A stretch of 38,097 nucleotides of DNA, from IMG/VR virus record IMGVR_UViG_2778261087_000005; one strand, 5' to 3'. Positions 8,109 through 16,052 of this stretch are shown here, one piece after another. How positions within the stretch are numbered: position 1 is the stretch's first letter; every line of letters begins with the position of its first letter. This DNA comes from a virus (Duplodnaviria; Heunggongvirae; Uroviricota; Caudoviricetes). Both the position numbers and the translations under genes were made by a program. Under the pieces are notes generated by a model. That model saw nothing but the letters and a program-made list of their open reading frames with translations, had not been told where the DNA came from and made no database searches.

Positions 8109-9478
8109 GCCGTTTTATCGATTTGTACGTTGAGCAGGCCGTCATCGGCGGGATCATGCTCGCAGCGGGCCGCACAGACGGCGTTGACATGGCGACTGAC
8201 GCGATTGAGGGGCTGACTGAGGACCACTTCACAGCAACGCCCCATAAAGTGGCTCTGAAGTCCTATAAGCGACTCAACGAATCCGGTTCGAAGATAGACC
8301 TGCTGACGTTGACCAGCGACCTTGAACGGCTTGGCGCGCTGGAAAGTGCCGGGGGATTCGCTTACCTGGCTGAATGCAGCAAAAACACACCGTCGTTCGC
8401 GAACCTTGCCTCGTACTGCGAAAAGTTGCGGGAAATGCATCTCGGCCGCCGGATGACCCTGGCGCTACAGGTAGGGATCCAGAAGCTGTCCGAACCATCC
8501 AGTGAGGGTATCGCTGACATCATCGGCAACATACAGGCCGATATCTCTGGTATTGAGCACAGTGCGGACTATGGCACTGAGCACATCACCACCGGGATCG
8601 ACATGTCGTTAGAGACTATCCAGTCGATTATCAGCGGCGATATCTGGAAGCACAAAACCGAGCTTGGCATGGCAACCATCGACAGCGCTTTTGGCGGGTT
8701 CAACAACACCGATTTCATCGTTGTCGGCGGGCGCCCGGGCATGGGGAAAACCATGTTCAGCACCACCGTGACCGAGACTGTCGGCCTGAAAAACAAAAAG
8801 CCTGTGCTGTTCTTCAGCCTGGAAATGCCAGTTGATCAGATCTCCGAACGTGTCGCGTTCCACCGGGCACGGGTGAGTAAAGAGGATTTACTCAGCAAGC
8901 AGAGCGGCGTAATGGATGGTGCCTGGGGAAAGGTCGGCCACTGCATGAAGGATTTCATCGAAGCCCCGATCTATATCAACGACAAGCCATCCCTCAGCGT
9001 TCATCAGGTGCGAGCGGAAGCCAGGCGAATGAGCAAGAAACTGGGTGGACTTGGTGTGGTCATTGTCGATTACCTCCAGAAGATGCGCATGTCTGACCCT
9101 GAGAACATGAACCGCAGCGTAGGGGAGATCGCCACCGGCCTGAAGAACCTGGCGAAAGAATTGCGTTGCCCGGTCATCGCACTGGCTCAGCTTAACCGTA
9201 AGGTCGAAGAACGTGCTAATAAGCGCCCGGTCGCAGCTGACCTCCGCGAGTCCGGTGTTATCGAGCAGGAAGCCGATGTGATTTTCATGATCTACCGGGA
9301 TGAGAAATACAACCCGAACACCGAACTGAAAGGCATCACCGAAATCATCTGTGTGAAGTCCCGCCATGCGCCGGGGGCAGAAAAGACCTACCACTTCAGC
9401 AGCCGCTACTCAGGCCTGGACCCGGTAGATTTCACCTACAGCGGCCAGATGCAACAGGAGGCTGACTATGAGTGCTAA
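8105..9478 (+). CDS. DnaB-family replicative helicase
   Basis: 457 aa; Walker A GGRPGMGKT and DnaB C-terminal domain motifs; follows the O-like gene as in P22-type replication modules. Confidence 0.85.
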   Translation: MSRFIDLYVEQAVIGGIMLAAGRTDGVDMATDAIEGLTEDHFTATPHKVALKSYKRLNESGSKIDLLTLTSDLERLGALESAGGFAYLAECSKNTPSFANLASYCEKLREMHLGRRMTLALQVGIQKLSEPSSEGIADIIGNIQADISGIEHSADYGTEHITTGIDMSLETIQSIISGDIWKHKTELGMATIDSAFGGFNNTDFIVVGGRPGMGKTMFSTTVTETVGLKNKKPVLFFSLEMPVDQISERVAFHRARVSKEDLLSKQSGVMDGAWGKVGHCMKDFIEAPIYINDKPSLSVHQVRAEARRMSKKLGGLGVVIVDYLQKMRMSDPENMNRSVGEIATGLKNLAKELRCPVIALAQLNRKVEERANKRPVAADLRESGVIEQEADVIFMIYRDEKYNPNTELKGITEIICVKSRHAPGAEKTYHFSSRYSGLDPVDFTYSGQMQQEADYEC

Positions 9479-9782
9479 GACGATGAAAGGCAAACAGGCA
9501 ATTCTGCGTTATCTCGAAACGCACCGGACCTTCACCGCGAAGGATGTGGCCACAGAGTGCGGCATGACCATCAACTGCATCACGAAGAACGCTATCGACC
9601 TGGAGCGGGCCCGCAAGATTGTCCGGGTGAGTAAGGTCTGGCGAACAGTGACTTATCGCCAGGCGACGCCGGAAGAGCAGGCTGGTACCGCGCGCAGCTG
9701 CACCAACGGAATATTTCTGGAGTGCCGGAACAGTCCGGCCATGAAGCGAGTATTGATGGTTTGGGGGAGGGTAGGGGTATGA
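9468..9782 (+). CDS. Hypothetical protein
   Basis: 104-aa ORF; ATG 9468 overlaps the helicase end; stop overlaps the next ATG as ATGA. Confidence 0.6.
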   Translation: MSAKTMKGKQAILRYLETHRTFTAKDVATECGMTINCITKNAIDLERARKIVRVSKVWRTVTYRQATPEEQAGTARSCTNGIFLECRNSPAMKRVLMVWGRVGV

Positions 9783-10067
9783 GTATTATTTACAAGAAAA
9801 CAGTAACACCATCTGAAGATTTGGCCTGAGTACTATTCAGCCGTTCGCGCAGGACAGAAGCGTGCAGAGCTCAGATGGAATGACCGAGATTACCAGGCAG
9901 GCGACAATCTCGATCTGTGCGAGTGGGACCCGAACGAAGAAGCCTTTACCGGTGAATTCACCAAAGTCACCGTTACACATGTCGCTGAACTTGGTAACTG
10001 GATACCGGGTTATGTACTGCTGAGTAACGCTCTTTTATCGCCAGCAGTGGATGTGAAAACGACCTGA
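9779..10067 (+). pseudogene. DUF3850/ASCH-like gene, apparently frameshifted near codon 10
   Basis: ATG 9779 opens a 16-codon ORF (MSIIYKKTVTPSEDLA). The conserved DUF3850-like body (HHLKIWPEYYSAVRAGQKRAELRWNDRDYQ...) is in another frame, preceded by an in-frame TAA at 9804-9806 with no canonical start. Removing one A in GTAACA (about 9802-9807) joins the two frames. Confidence 0.5.
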
Positions 10068-10222
10068 TGCCTTGCCCATACTGCGATGGAAAGGCTGAAT
10101 TTGATTATGACGACGATAACCTCAATTGGATATCTTGTAACGCGTGCGGAATCGCTGCACTTTATGATCATGAGAAGCCCGTGCTGACGGGCACAGAAAA
10201 CAGTACGGGTGCAATAAATTAG
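10067..10222 (+). CDS. Lar-like zinc-ribbon protein (putative restriction alleviation)
   Basis: 51 aa, MPCPYCDGKAEF...x17...CNACG; ATG overlaps the upstream stop (TGATG). Not in the ORF track (below 60 aa). Confidence 0.5.
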   Translation: MPCPYCDGKAEFDYDDDNLNWISCNACGIAALYDHEKPVLTGTENSTGAIN

Positions 10223-10656
10223 TACGAAACAATTATATCAAGCTTTTCTCCAATGATTTTCAAAGAAGAGTAGATGGATTGGCCTGAAGGAGATGGATTA
10301 CTGGAATATGAATTGTTGCCGCCTTCTAAGATGGAAGCTATTAAATTTAGTTGGTGTGACGCTTCAATCACATCGCTGTAAACTGGAGTAAGGCCTATTT
10401 TTGAGAAAAAATTATAGAATGGGATTGCTTTCGATTTTGCAATTAAAAGACCTGATGACGCCTTTAGCTCATGTATTAATTCGCTATTTGGCTTAAAATT
10501 CATTATTTTACTTTGCTCGCGAAGTAAGAGTGACGAAATTCTTCCCAGATGCTCCTTGAACGAGATATACGTTTCCAATGCGCATTTGGTTATTATTTGA
10601 CCTATGACGTAGACGGTCACACCAGTGATAATTGTAGTAAAAACAGTAAGCCACAT
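10219..10656 (-). CDS. Membrane-anchored hypothetical protein (AT-rich cargo gene, antisense to early operon)
   Basis: 145 aa; N-terminal TM helix (WLTVFTTIITGVTVYVIGQII); strongly AT-rich by eye; convergent with the Lar-like gene with overlapping stop codons. Confidence 0.65.
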   Translation of the reverse strand: MWLTVFTTIITGVTVYVIGQIITKCALETYISFKEHLGRISSLLLREQSKIMNFKPNSELIHELKASSGLLIAKSKAIPFYNFFSKIGLTPVYSDVIEASHQLNLIASILEGGNNSYSSNPSPSGQSIYSSLKIIGEKLDIIVSY

Positions 10657-10790
10657 AATCAGTTAACGCCTTTAGCTAAAATGCAATTATGTATCCTATA
10701 GCTCCAGTGATTTGTCCAGATAAATTGGGTGGTCATGGCACATCATCGCCGCGACTATAAGAATACTTTGCTCATACCGTTCGCGCCGCC

Positions 10791-10964
10791 ATGCTTCAGG
10801 GTGCCACGCAAGATAGCAACTCTCCGGTGATTCCGGATGGTTGGGTGATGGTTCAGAAGGAGCCAACGCCAGATATGCTTAATGCCGCCTGGGTGTCACA
10901 TGGCATTTACCATGCATCTGCTTATCGTACGATGCTCGCAGCAGCTCCGCAGCAGGTGAAGTGA
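10791..10964 (+). CDS. Small ORF (57 aa), possibly a gene remnant
   Basis: Hand-translated (MLQGATQDSNSPVIPDGWVMVQKEPTPDMLNAAWVSHGIYHASAYRTMLAAAPQQVK); no clear SD; low confidence. Confidence 0.25.
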   Translation: MLQGATQDSNSPVIPDGWVMVQKEPTPDMLNAAWVSHGIYHASAYRTMLAAAPQQVK

Positions 10965-11001
10965 CGAACAAGTTGACGAGAGTTACCATAGATATAAATC
11001 A

Positions 11002-11024
11002 AGGCCCCTAGGGGCCTTTTATTC
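11002..11024 (+). terminator. Intrinsic terminator
   Basis: AGGCCC-ctag-GGGCCU hairpin followed by UUUUAUU. Confidence 0.6.
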
Positions 11025-11057
11025 TATGATAAACGGACTTTGTTTGAGAGTGACGCT

Positions 11058-11384
11058 ATGAAGCCCAAGAAGCTAAATGCTGAGCAGCAATACAAATTAG
11101 ACCTTGAGTTGGTCAAGAAGAAACCTGCGAACCGTACAGAGGCAAAAGCCCATTTGGCGGCGCAGTTACGGATCAGCAAGTACAAGGCGCAGAACTCATC
11201 AAAAATCCGCGCAGGCAGTTTCAGGGGGCGGAAGAAGGTGCATTTCAGTAAGGCCGAAGACGAGGCCAGGGCAGCACTAAATAAAGCCAATGCCATTAGA
11301 TTTTCCGAAGGGGAGGTCGAATCCGTCGATACGGATCGAATCTCAGAAAGTAACAAACGCTGGCGCGGGAGAACTGCTGACTAA
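11058..11384 (+). CDS. Hypothetical basic (Lys/Arg-rich) protein
   Basis: ATG 11058 within track ORF 11040..11384; stop overlaps the next ATG (TAATG). Confidence 0.55.
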   Translation: MKPKKLNAEQQYKLDLELVKKKPANRTEAKAHLAAQLRISKYKAQNSSKIRAGSFRGRKKVHFSKAEDEARAALNKANAIRFSEGEVESVDTDRISESNKRWRGRTAD

Positions 11385-11632
11385 TGTCTGACTGGAACAT
11401 TGCAGCAAAGCCGCAGGAAGATCGCGATAAGGTTAACGTTGACCTGGCTGCCTCCGGAGTGGCGTACAAAGAGCGCCTGAATATGCCGGTTATCGCTGAG
11501 GTGGTGATGCGCGAGCAGCCAGAGCATTTGCGTGATTACTTCCTTGAGCGCCTGAAGTTTTATCGCGAGAAGTCGATAACTTTACCGAAAGTTAGCGATC
11601 CGTTTTACCTGAAACAGGAGGAAGGGAAGTGA
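11384..11632 (+). CDS. Hypothetical protein (82 aa)
   Basis: Translationally coupled on both sides (TAATG upstream, GTGA downstream). Confidence 0.55.
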   Translation: MSDWNIAAKPQEDRDKVNVDLAASGVAYKERLNMPVIAEVVMREQPEHLRDYFLERLKFYREKSITLPKVSDPFYLKQEEGK

Positions 11633-12279
11633 TTATTGATGAACATTTTAAGGATAGAGTCTCGAGTCATCTATCTCAGAAAATAATCGAAGACGCATTA
11701 AATGGAAGGGGATTTTTCGCCCGAAATGTGTTGGAGTCCATTCGGCTTCTTGAGGGAATGAAGGTTGCCCCATCAACTTTAGCAATGCGTCATCAAGAGC
11801 GTGAATTAAAGGGTGCGTTGGCCGGATTTCATCATATACATGTTTCAGAGGATAATTTCACTCGAGCTTTCAATGCGTACAGGCAAAAAGGAGAAGCGCC
11901 TGAGAAAAATCCATCCGAGCCGGCTTTACAAGGCCGGGGCAATCGCAATGCTATTCAGATGTTTTTGGAGCAAAATGGAGTTAGTGCTAAAGATGCTTCG
12001 TTTGAAGAACTTATCATAAGATTCCAGGATCTTATTGAACAGATGGGAGAAGAAAATGCAAAAGAGCAAATTTCTCGTATTGCTGCTGAGCTATCTTGGA
12101 AACCGTTTAAGGGTAATGATGTAATTTCTGGAGACTGGCTAGTCTATTGGGTGAGACAGGACGGTGTAAGATTTTATATCGATAGTTTTGAACACATCCC
12201 CGCAACCGATACAAAACTGCAGAATTCCACCGCAAATTCATTACACGCCATTCTTCAAAGCATGGATACCGCCGTTTGA
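11629..12279 (+). CDS. Hypothetical 216-aa protein (AT-rich cargo gene)
   Basis: GTG start 11629 with strong SD AGGAGG about 9 nt upstream; visibly AT-rich compared with neighbours; no family recognised. Confidence 0.65.
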   Translation: MIIDEHFKDRVSSHLSQKIIEDALNGRGFFARNVLESIRLLEGMKVAPSTLAMRHQERELKGALAGFHHIHVSEDNFTRAFNAYRQKGEAPEKNPSEPALQGRGNRNAIQMFLEQNGVSAKDASFEELIIRFQDLIEQMGEENAKEQISRIAAELSWKPFKGNDVISGDWLVYWVRQDGVRFYIDSFEHIPATDTKLQNSTANSLHAILQSMDTAV

Positions 12280-12452
12280 TTTTCAAGAATCATCCAGCCA
12301 TAATCATGTCATCGGAGCCTGAACAACTCCGGTGACTTCTGCGCATTTAAGGGGACTTAAATGCGACCACAATCTGAACTCTTCACCTTGTCACAGATGC
12401 AGAAATGCACCTGCGATTTTCTACATTCTGCGGTTTCCAATAAGGAGGCCGT

Positions 12453-12908
12453 ATGACTCTGCCAGTTGACGGAATCAAACTCCATCGAGGCAACTTCGCG
12501 GCCATCGGCCAGCAGATTCAGCCATTGCTGGATGCCGGGCAGTACTTCCGCCTGCAGGTTAAGCCGTGGCGCGAGAAGCGCAGCCTGTCGCAGAACGCGC
12601 TCAGCCACATGTGGTACACGGAAATCAGCGATTACCTGATTAACTCCGGACGCACCGACGCGACTCCTGAGTGGGTTAAGCGCAACCTCAAAAAGACATA
12701 TCTCGGCTGCGAAGAGGTGACCTACACCGACTTCATCACCGGCGAAAAAAACACTACATGGGAACCGCGACATACCGCCAATCTCGATACCGGGGAAATG
12801 CATATTTTCCTGGTAAAGGTTGAAATGTGGTGCGCTCAGTTCGGCCTTGCCCTGACTATCCCGAACGGCTGCGAGTACCAGCAGCTGCGCGATAAGCAGG
12901 AGGCCTGA
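12453..12908 (+). CDS. ninB: NinB-like recombination protein
   Basis: 151 aa; motif REKRSLSQNALSHMWYTEISD resembles the NinB/Orf family; SD AGGAGG 4 nt upstream; lies just before NinG. Confidence 0.75.
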   Translation: MTLPVDGIKLHRGNFAAIGQQIQPLLDAGQYFRLQVKPWREKRSLSQNALSHMWYTEISDYLINSGRTDATPEWVKRNLKKTYLGCEEVTYTDFITGEKNTTWEPRHTANLDTGEMHIFLVKVEMWCAQFGLALTIPNGCEYQQLRDKQEA

Positions 12909-13078
12909 TGTCTACTCCACTTTCCCGCGTTATCAGTAACGAAATCTTCCGCGTTCCGGCGCGCCGCCAGCGCAAGCCCGCGGTTAAGCCGTCCGAAATC
13001 CCGACCATGAAGGACTACACCGCCTGCCTGGTGGATCAGAAATGGCTGCGTCTCGCGGCGAGGAGAGCGCATGGCTAA
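12908..13078 (+). CDS. Small nin-region protein (56 aa)
   Basis: ATG overlaps the NinB stop (TGATG); hand-translated; overlaps the NinG start by 8 nt. Confidence 0.4.
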   Translation: MSTPLSRVISNEIFRVPARRQRKPAVKPSEIPTMKDYTACLVDQKWLRLAARRAHG

Positions 13079-13682
13079 GTTACCGCGCCGCAAGTGCGCC
13101 CATAAAGCCTGTCGCCAGTGGTTCCACCCGGTACGCGACGGGCAGGTAGTTTGCTCATTCGAGTGCGCCAGCGCTATCGGCAAAGAACAGACCGCAAAAT
13201 CCCGTGAAGCCGCTCAGCAGAAGGAAGCGCAGCGTCAGCGCACCGAAGAGAAAGCTGGTCGCCAACGGCGTGCTGCGCGCCGTAATGAACTTAAGCCGAT
13301 ACGTCACTGGGTACAGATGACTCAGCGCGCCTTCAACGACTGGCGTCGCGAAATGCTGCTGGCAGCCGGTCACGGTTGCATCTCTTGCGGAACCAAGACC
13401 GCCTTTGCCTGGCATGCCGGGCATTACCGCACTACGGCCGCCGCACCGCAACTTCGCTTTAACCAGGACAATATCTGGCTGCAGTGCTCCGCCTGCAACG
13501 TTCACAAATCCGGAAACATCGAGGCATACCGCGCCGCCCTGATTGAGCTGATTGGCGAGGAGCGCGTGCTGGCGCTGGAATCCAACAACGAAACCCACCG
13601 ATACACCCGTGAAGAGCTGGATGGCATCCGCGCTAAGGCACGGGCAGATCTTCGCGCATTCAAACAGCAGGTGGCAGCATGA
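13071..13682 (+). CDS. ninG: NinG/Rap recombination-associated protein
   Basis: 203 aa; close resemblance to lambda Rap/NinG, including CISCGT...DAGHYRTTAAAPQLRFN...CNVHKSGN. Confidence 0.8.
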   Translation: MAKLPRRKCAHKACRQWFHPVRDGQVVCSFECASAIGKEQTAKSREAAQQKEAQRQRTEEKAGRQRRAARRNELKPIRHWVQMTQRAFNDWRREMLLAAGHGCISCGTKTAFAWHAGHYRTTAAAPQLRFNQDNIWLQCSACNVHKSGNIEAYRAALIELIGEERVLALESNNETHRYTREELDGIRAKARADLRAFKQQVAA

Positions 13683-14062
13683 GCACAGAAACCGAAATTG
13701 AACTGGGCACGGTTGTCGCGTTCCCGACGAAGAATAACGACCTACAGGACGGGCTGGTTATTCAGCGCGAAGGGCAGAAGGTTATGTGCCTGCACTCCAC
13801 TGTTTGGGTGAATGAAAAAGACCGGACCTTACGCTGCCGGAAGTGCGACACGCTGATCGAACCTTTTGACTTCCTTATGACGCTCTGCGACCAGGAGTCT
13901 CGCTACATGGAGAACGTGAAATATCTCCGCCGGGAAGAAAAGCAGCGCCGTCAGAATATCGAGAAGCTCATTCAGATTGAGAAGAACGCCAAAGCCCGTA
14001 TTCGCCGCGCCGGGGATAAGTCGCCACTTCCTCTCTGGCAGAACGAGAGGGTTGAAGAATGA
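13679..14062 (+). CDS. Hypothetical nin-region protein
   Basis: 127-aa ORF coupled to the NinG stop. Confidence 0.55.
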   Translation: MSTETEIELGTVVAFPTKNNDLQDGLVIQREGQKVMCLHSTVWVNEKDRTLRCRKCDTLIEPFDFLMTLCDQESRYMENVKYLRREEKQRRQNIEKLIQIEKNAKARIRRAGDKSPLPLWQNERVEE

Positions 14063-14175
14063 CGCGTGACCAGATTATGCGGTACCAGGCCGAAAGCGTT
14101 AAGCGCGCCAACCTGCCGCCAGTAGCAAACCACAGCCAGAACAAAACCAACCAGCCACATAAGGAAGCCGCATGA
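14059..14175 (+). CDS. Small ORF (38 aa)
   Basis: Hand-translated; overlaps both neighbours; low confidence. Confidence 0.25.
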   Translation: MTRDQIMRYQAESVKRANLPPVANHSQNKTNQPHKEAA

Positions 14176-14861
14176 ACAGTCAGCAACTGGAATACGTACG
14201 TCAGCAGCTCATTGTGGCGACCGCAGATCTGAGCGGGGCGACGAAAGGGCAGCTGGTAGCTTTTGCCGAGAATGCGCAATTCACCGCGACGGCGCGCAGC
14301 CGGGGCCGGAAAAAGGTATTCGACAAGGATAAGCAGCGCATGGTCAACCCGGATGGTCCGCCGATGAGCGGCAGCCAGTCACGCGCTAAGGGCTCGTCTA
14401 TCGCGCTGGTCAGCCCTGTGGAGTTTGGTACCGCGTCATGGCGCCGCGCCGTCCTGTCGCTGGAAGAACACCAGAAAGCGTGGCTGCTGTGGAACTACAG
14501 CGAGAATATCCGCTTCGAATACCAGGTGGCGATCACCCAGTGGGCGTGGGCAGAGTTCCGGGAACAGCTCGGCGCGAAGAAGGTGGCCGGCAAGACGATT
14601 GAGCGCCTGAAGAAGCTTATCTGGCTGGCGGCGCAGGACGTCAAAGCGGAGCTGGCGGGTAAGGATGTGTATCAGCATCAGGACCTGGCCGCCCTGTGTG
14701 GCGTTAAGCCGGATAACTGGTGTCATAACTACGCCGATTACTGGCTTGCCATGTGCGCCATCTTTAAGCGGCTTGATGGCGATTCACTCCTCTGTACTGT
14801 GAGAACACGATCACAACAAAAAGCGACTTTTTCGCAGCAGGGTATTGCAAAAGTCAATTAA
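14172..14861 (+). CDS. Putative late-gene antiterminator (Q position)
   Basis: 229-aa ORF as the last early gene before the lysis cassette; SD AAGGAAG; assignment is from position, family not verified. Confidence 0.45.
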   Translation: MNSQQLEYVRQQLIVATADLSGATKGQLVAFAENAQFTATARSRGRKKVFDKDKQRMVNPDGPPMSGSQSRAKGSSIALVSPVEFGTASWRRAVLSLEEHQKAWLLWNYSENIRFEYQVAITQWAWAEFREQLGAKKVAGKTIERLKKLIWLAAQDVKAELAGKDVYQHQDLAALCGVKPDNWCHNYADYWLAMCAIFKRLDGDSLLCTVRTRSQQKATFSQQGIAKVN

Positions 14862-14926
14862 ATAGCATACTTTTCATGTAAATCTGATATCTTCGCCATA
14901 GCTTTGTAGGACGACAAAGAATTAAC

Positions 14927-14958
14927 AGCCTCGCCATCGTGCGGGGCTTTGTTTTTTG
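14927..14958 (+). terminator. Intrinsic terminator about 65 nt downstream of the Q-position gene (tR'-like)
   Basis: 8-bp stem AGCCUCGC/GCGGGGCU with a 6-nt loop, followed by UUGUUUUUUG. Confidence 0.55.
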
Positions 14959-15050
14959 TGCTTTCTGTAAACCAAGTGGGCGTTAAAAGTTAAAAATCAT
15001 TATTTACTTATTTAAAATGTGGCCTCCACTTAAAACAGAGAGACCTCATC

Positions 15051-15290
15051 ATGAAGAATTTCCAGCTTTATGTTGGCGGCACTAACAACATCACCTATCG
15101 TTACGAAATTCATAAGATGGATGATGCTTTTAGTGTTCGGATTTTTAATGTCATCGATAAAGCACACAAAGAAGTGGGGGCTAAACTCCTTCGCTCAGTT
15201 TCATCTCACGACGTAATTGATGAGTGCGTGTCACATTACAAAAGGCAAGCGCAAGGCGTTAAGGGTTTTCTTCGCTGGCTTGGATTGTGA
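15051..15290 (+). CDS. Hypothetical 79-aa protein (AT-rich cargo gene in the Q-holin interval)
   Basis: ATG 15051; AT-rich upstream region with promoter-like hexamers; own terminator downstream; no family recognised. Confidence 0.6.
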   Translation: MKNFQLYVGGTNNITYRYEIHKMDDAFSVRIFNVIDKAHKEVGAKLLRSVSSHDVIDECVSHYKRQAQGVKGFLRWLGL

Positions 15291-15308
15291 AAAAGTATCA
15301 GATTAAAC

Positions 15309-15331
15309 AGGTCGCTTAGGCGGCCTTTTTT
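15309..15331 (+). terminator. Intrinsic terminator
   Basis: AGGUCGC-uuag-GCGGCCU (one G-U pair) followed by UUUUU; near-identical to the terminator at 22737. Confidence 0.7.
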
Positions 15332-15335
15332 GTTT

Positions 15336-15608
15336 CTGCACAACAGGAAAGAGCATTTGCAGGGTTCGACTCCCTGCCGTGGGGTTGTGCCACATGATGC
15401 GAGTAATGAGTGCTCTCTCCGTTGTGGTGTAACTCAATTCCCGCTTGCGGGTTAAATGGGTAAAGTAATGCATCAACTGGCATAGCCAGCAGGGCAGGCA
15501 TGATGCTAATGCTGAACCTGAGTATCGGTTCGAGTCCGATCGCCACACACCAGAACCCACTACCTGGGATCCTTCGGCCAGAGAGCCGACATTGCCTTAC
15601 CCTCATCT
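15336..15608 (+). other. Non-coding late-leader region with two tRNA-like T-arm hairpins
   Basis: CAGGG-TTCGACT-CCCTG (15360-15376) and ATCGG-TTCGAGT-CCGAT (15524-15540) match T-stem/T-loop consensus, but no complementary 5' acceptor strand was found at tRNA distance, so no complete tRNA gene is called. Confidence 0.3.
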
Positions 15609-15609
15609 T

Positions 15610-15632
15610 CCCGGCCTGTCGCCGGGTTTTTT
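15610..15632 (+). terminator. Intrinsic terminator about 100 nt upstream of the holin
   Basis: CCCGGC-cuguc-GCCGGG followed by UUUUUU. Confidence 0.7.
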
Positions 15633-15731
15633 ATTCAGGCCGCAGACAATCAATTCCAGATGCCCCGTAGCTATCGTGTCTGACGGCCTTTTCTCAACTA
15701 CCACACAGCACCCCGGACCCGGAGGTGTGGA

Positions 15732-16052
15732 ATGCAACGTATGAACCCAACAAATGGACACGATCTGCCGTACTGGTGGTCGGCGGCCTTGGGCCTGTTC
15801 TCTTTGCTTAGCCTGCAGGATTACGTGTTTATTATCGGCGCGCTGGTATCGGCGTTCTTCACGATAAAAACCTATTACGCAAAACGGAAAGAAGAGCGTA
15901 AGCGTATGGCTGAGGAAAGGAAACGAACCCAGCTGCTGGAAAACTACTTATCTGATGTAGGTAAAAAACCTCACTCCGATCGTCCGGCTGCCGCCGAGGT
16001 GGTTACGGAGGCAATGCGGAGAATTTCCGGTGGCACAGTTGAAACTGAGTAA
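15732..16052 (+). CDS. Holin, two-TM class (pinholin-like)
   Basis: 106 aa; dual-start-like MQRM; two hydrophobic segments and a basic C-terminus; SD GGAGGTG; immediately upstream of a SAR endolysin. Confidence 0.7.
   Translation: MQRMNPTNGHDLPYWWSAALGLFSLLSLQDYVFIIGALVSAFFTIKTYYAKRKEERKRMAEERKRTQLLENYLSDVGKKPHSDRPAAAEVVTEAMRRISGGTVETE

Noticed and set aside
10021-10040. boxA-like CGCTCTTTTA as a nut site
   Set aside because: Lies inside the DUF3850-like coding frame with no adjacent boxB hairpin; likely coincidental.
11024-11356. 110-aa minus-strand ORF
   Set aside because: Antisense to the coupled plus-strand cassette; its start would sit inside the plus-strand terminator.
12357-12803. 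148-aa minus-strand ORF
   Set aside because: Antisense to the well-supported NinB gene.
15358-15548. Two complete tRNA genes (T-arm-like hairpins ending about 15384 and 15548)
   Set aside because: No complementary 5' acceptor strand 65-90 nt upstream of either T-arm and no recognisable D-arm or anticodon arm; kept only as tRNA-like motifs pending tRNAscan-SE or ARAGORN.
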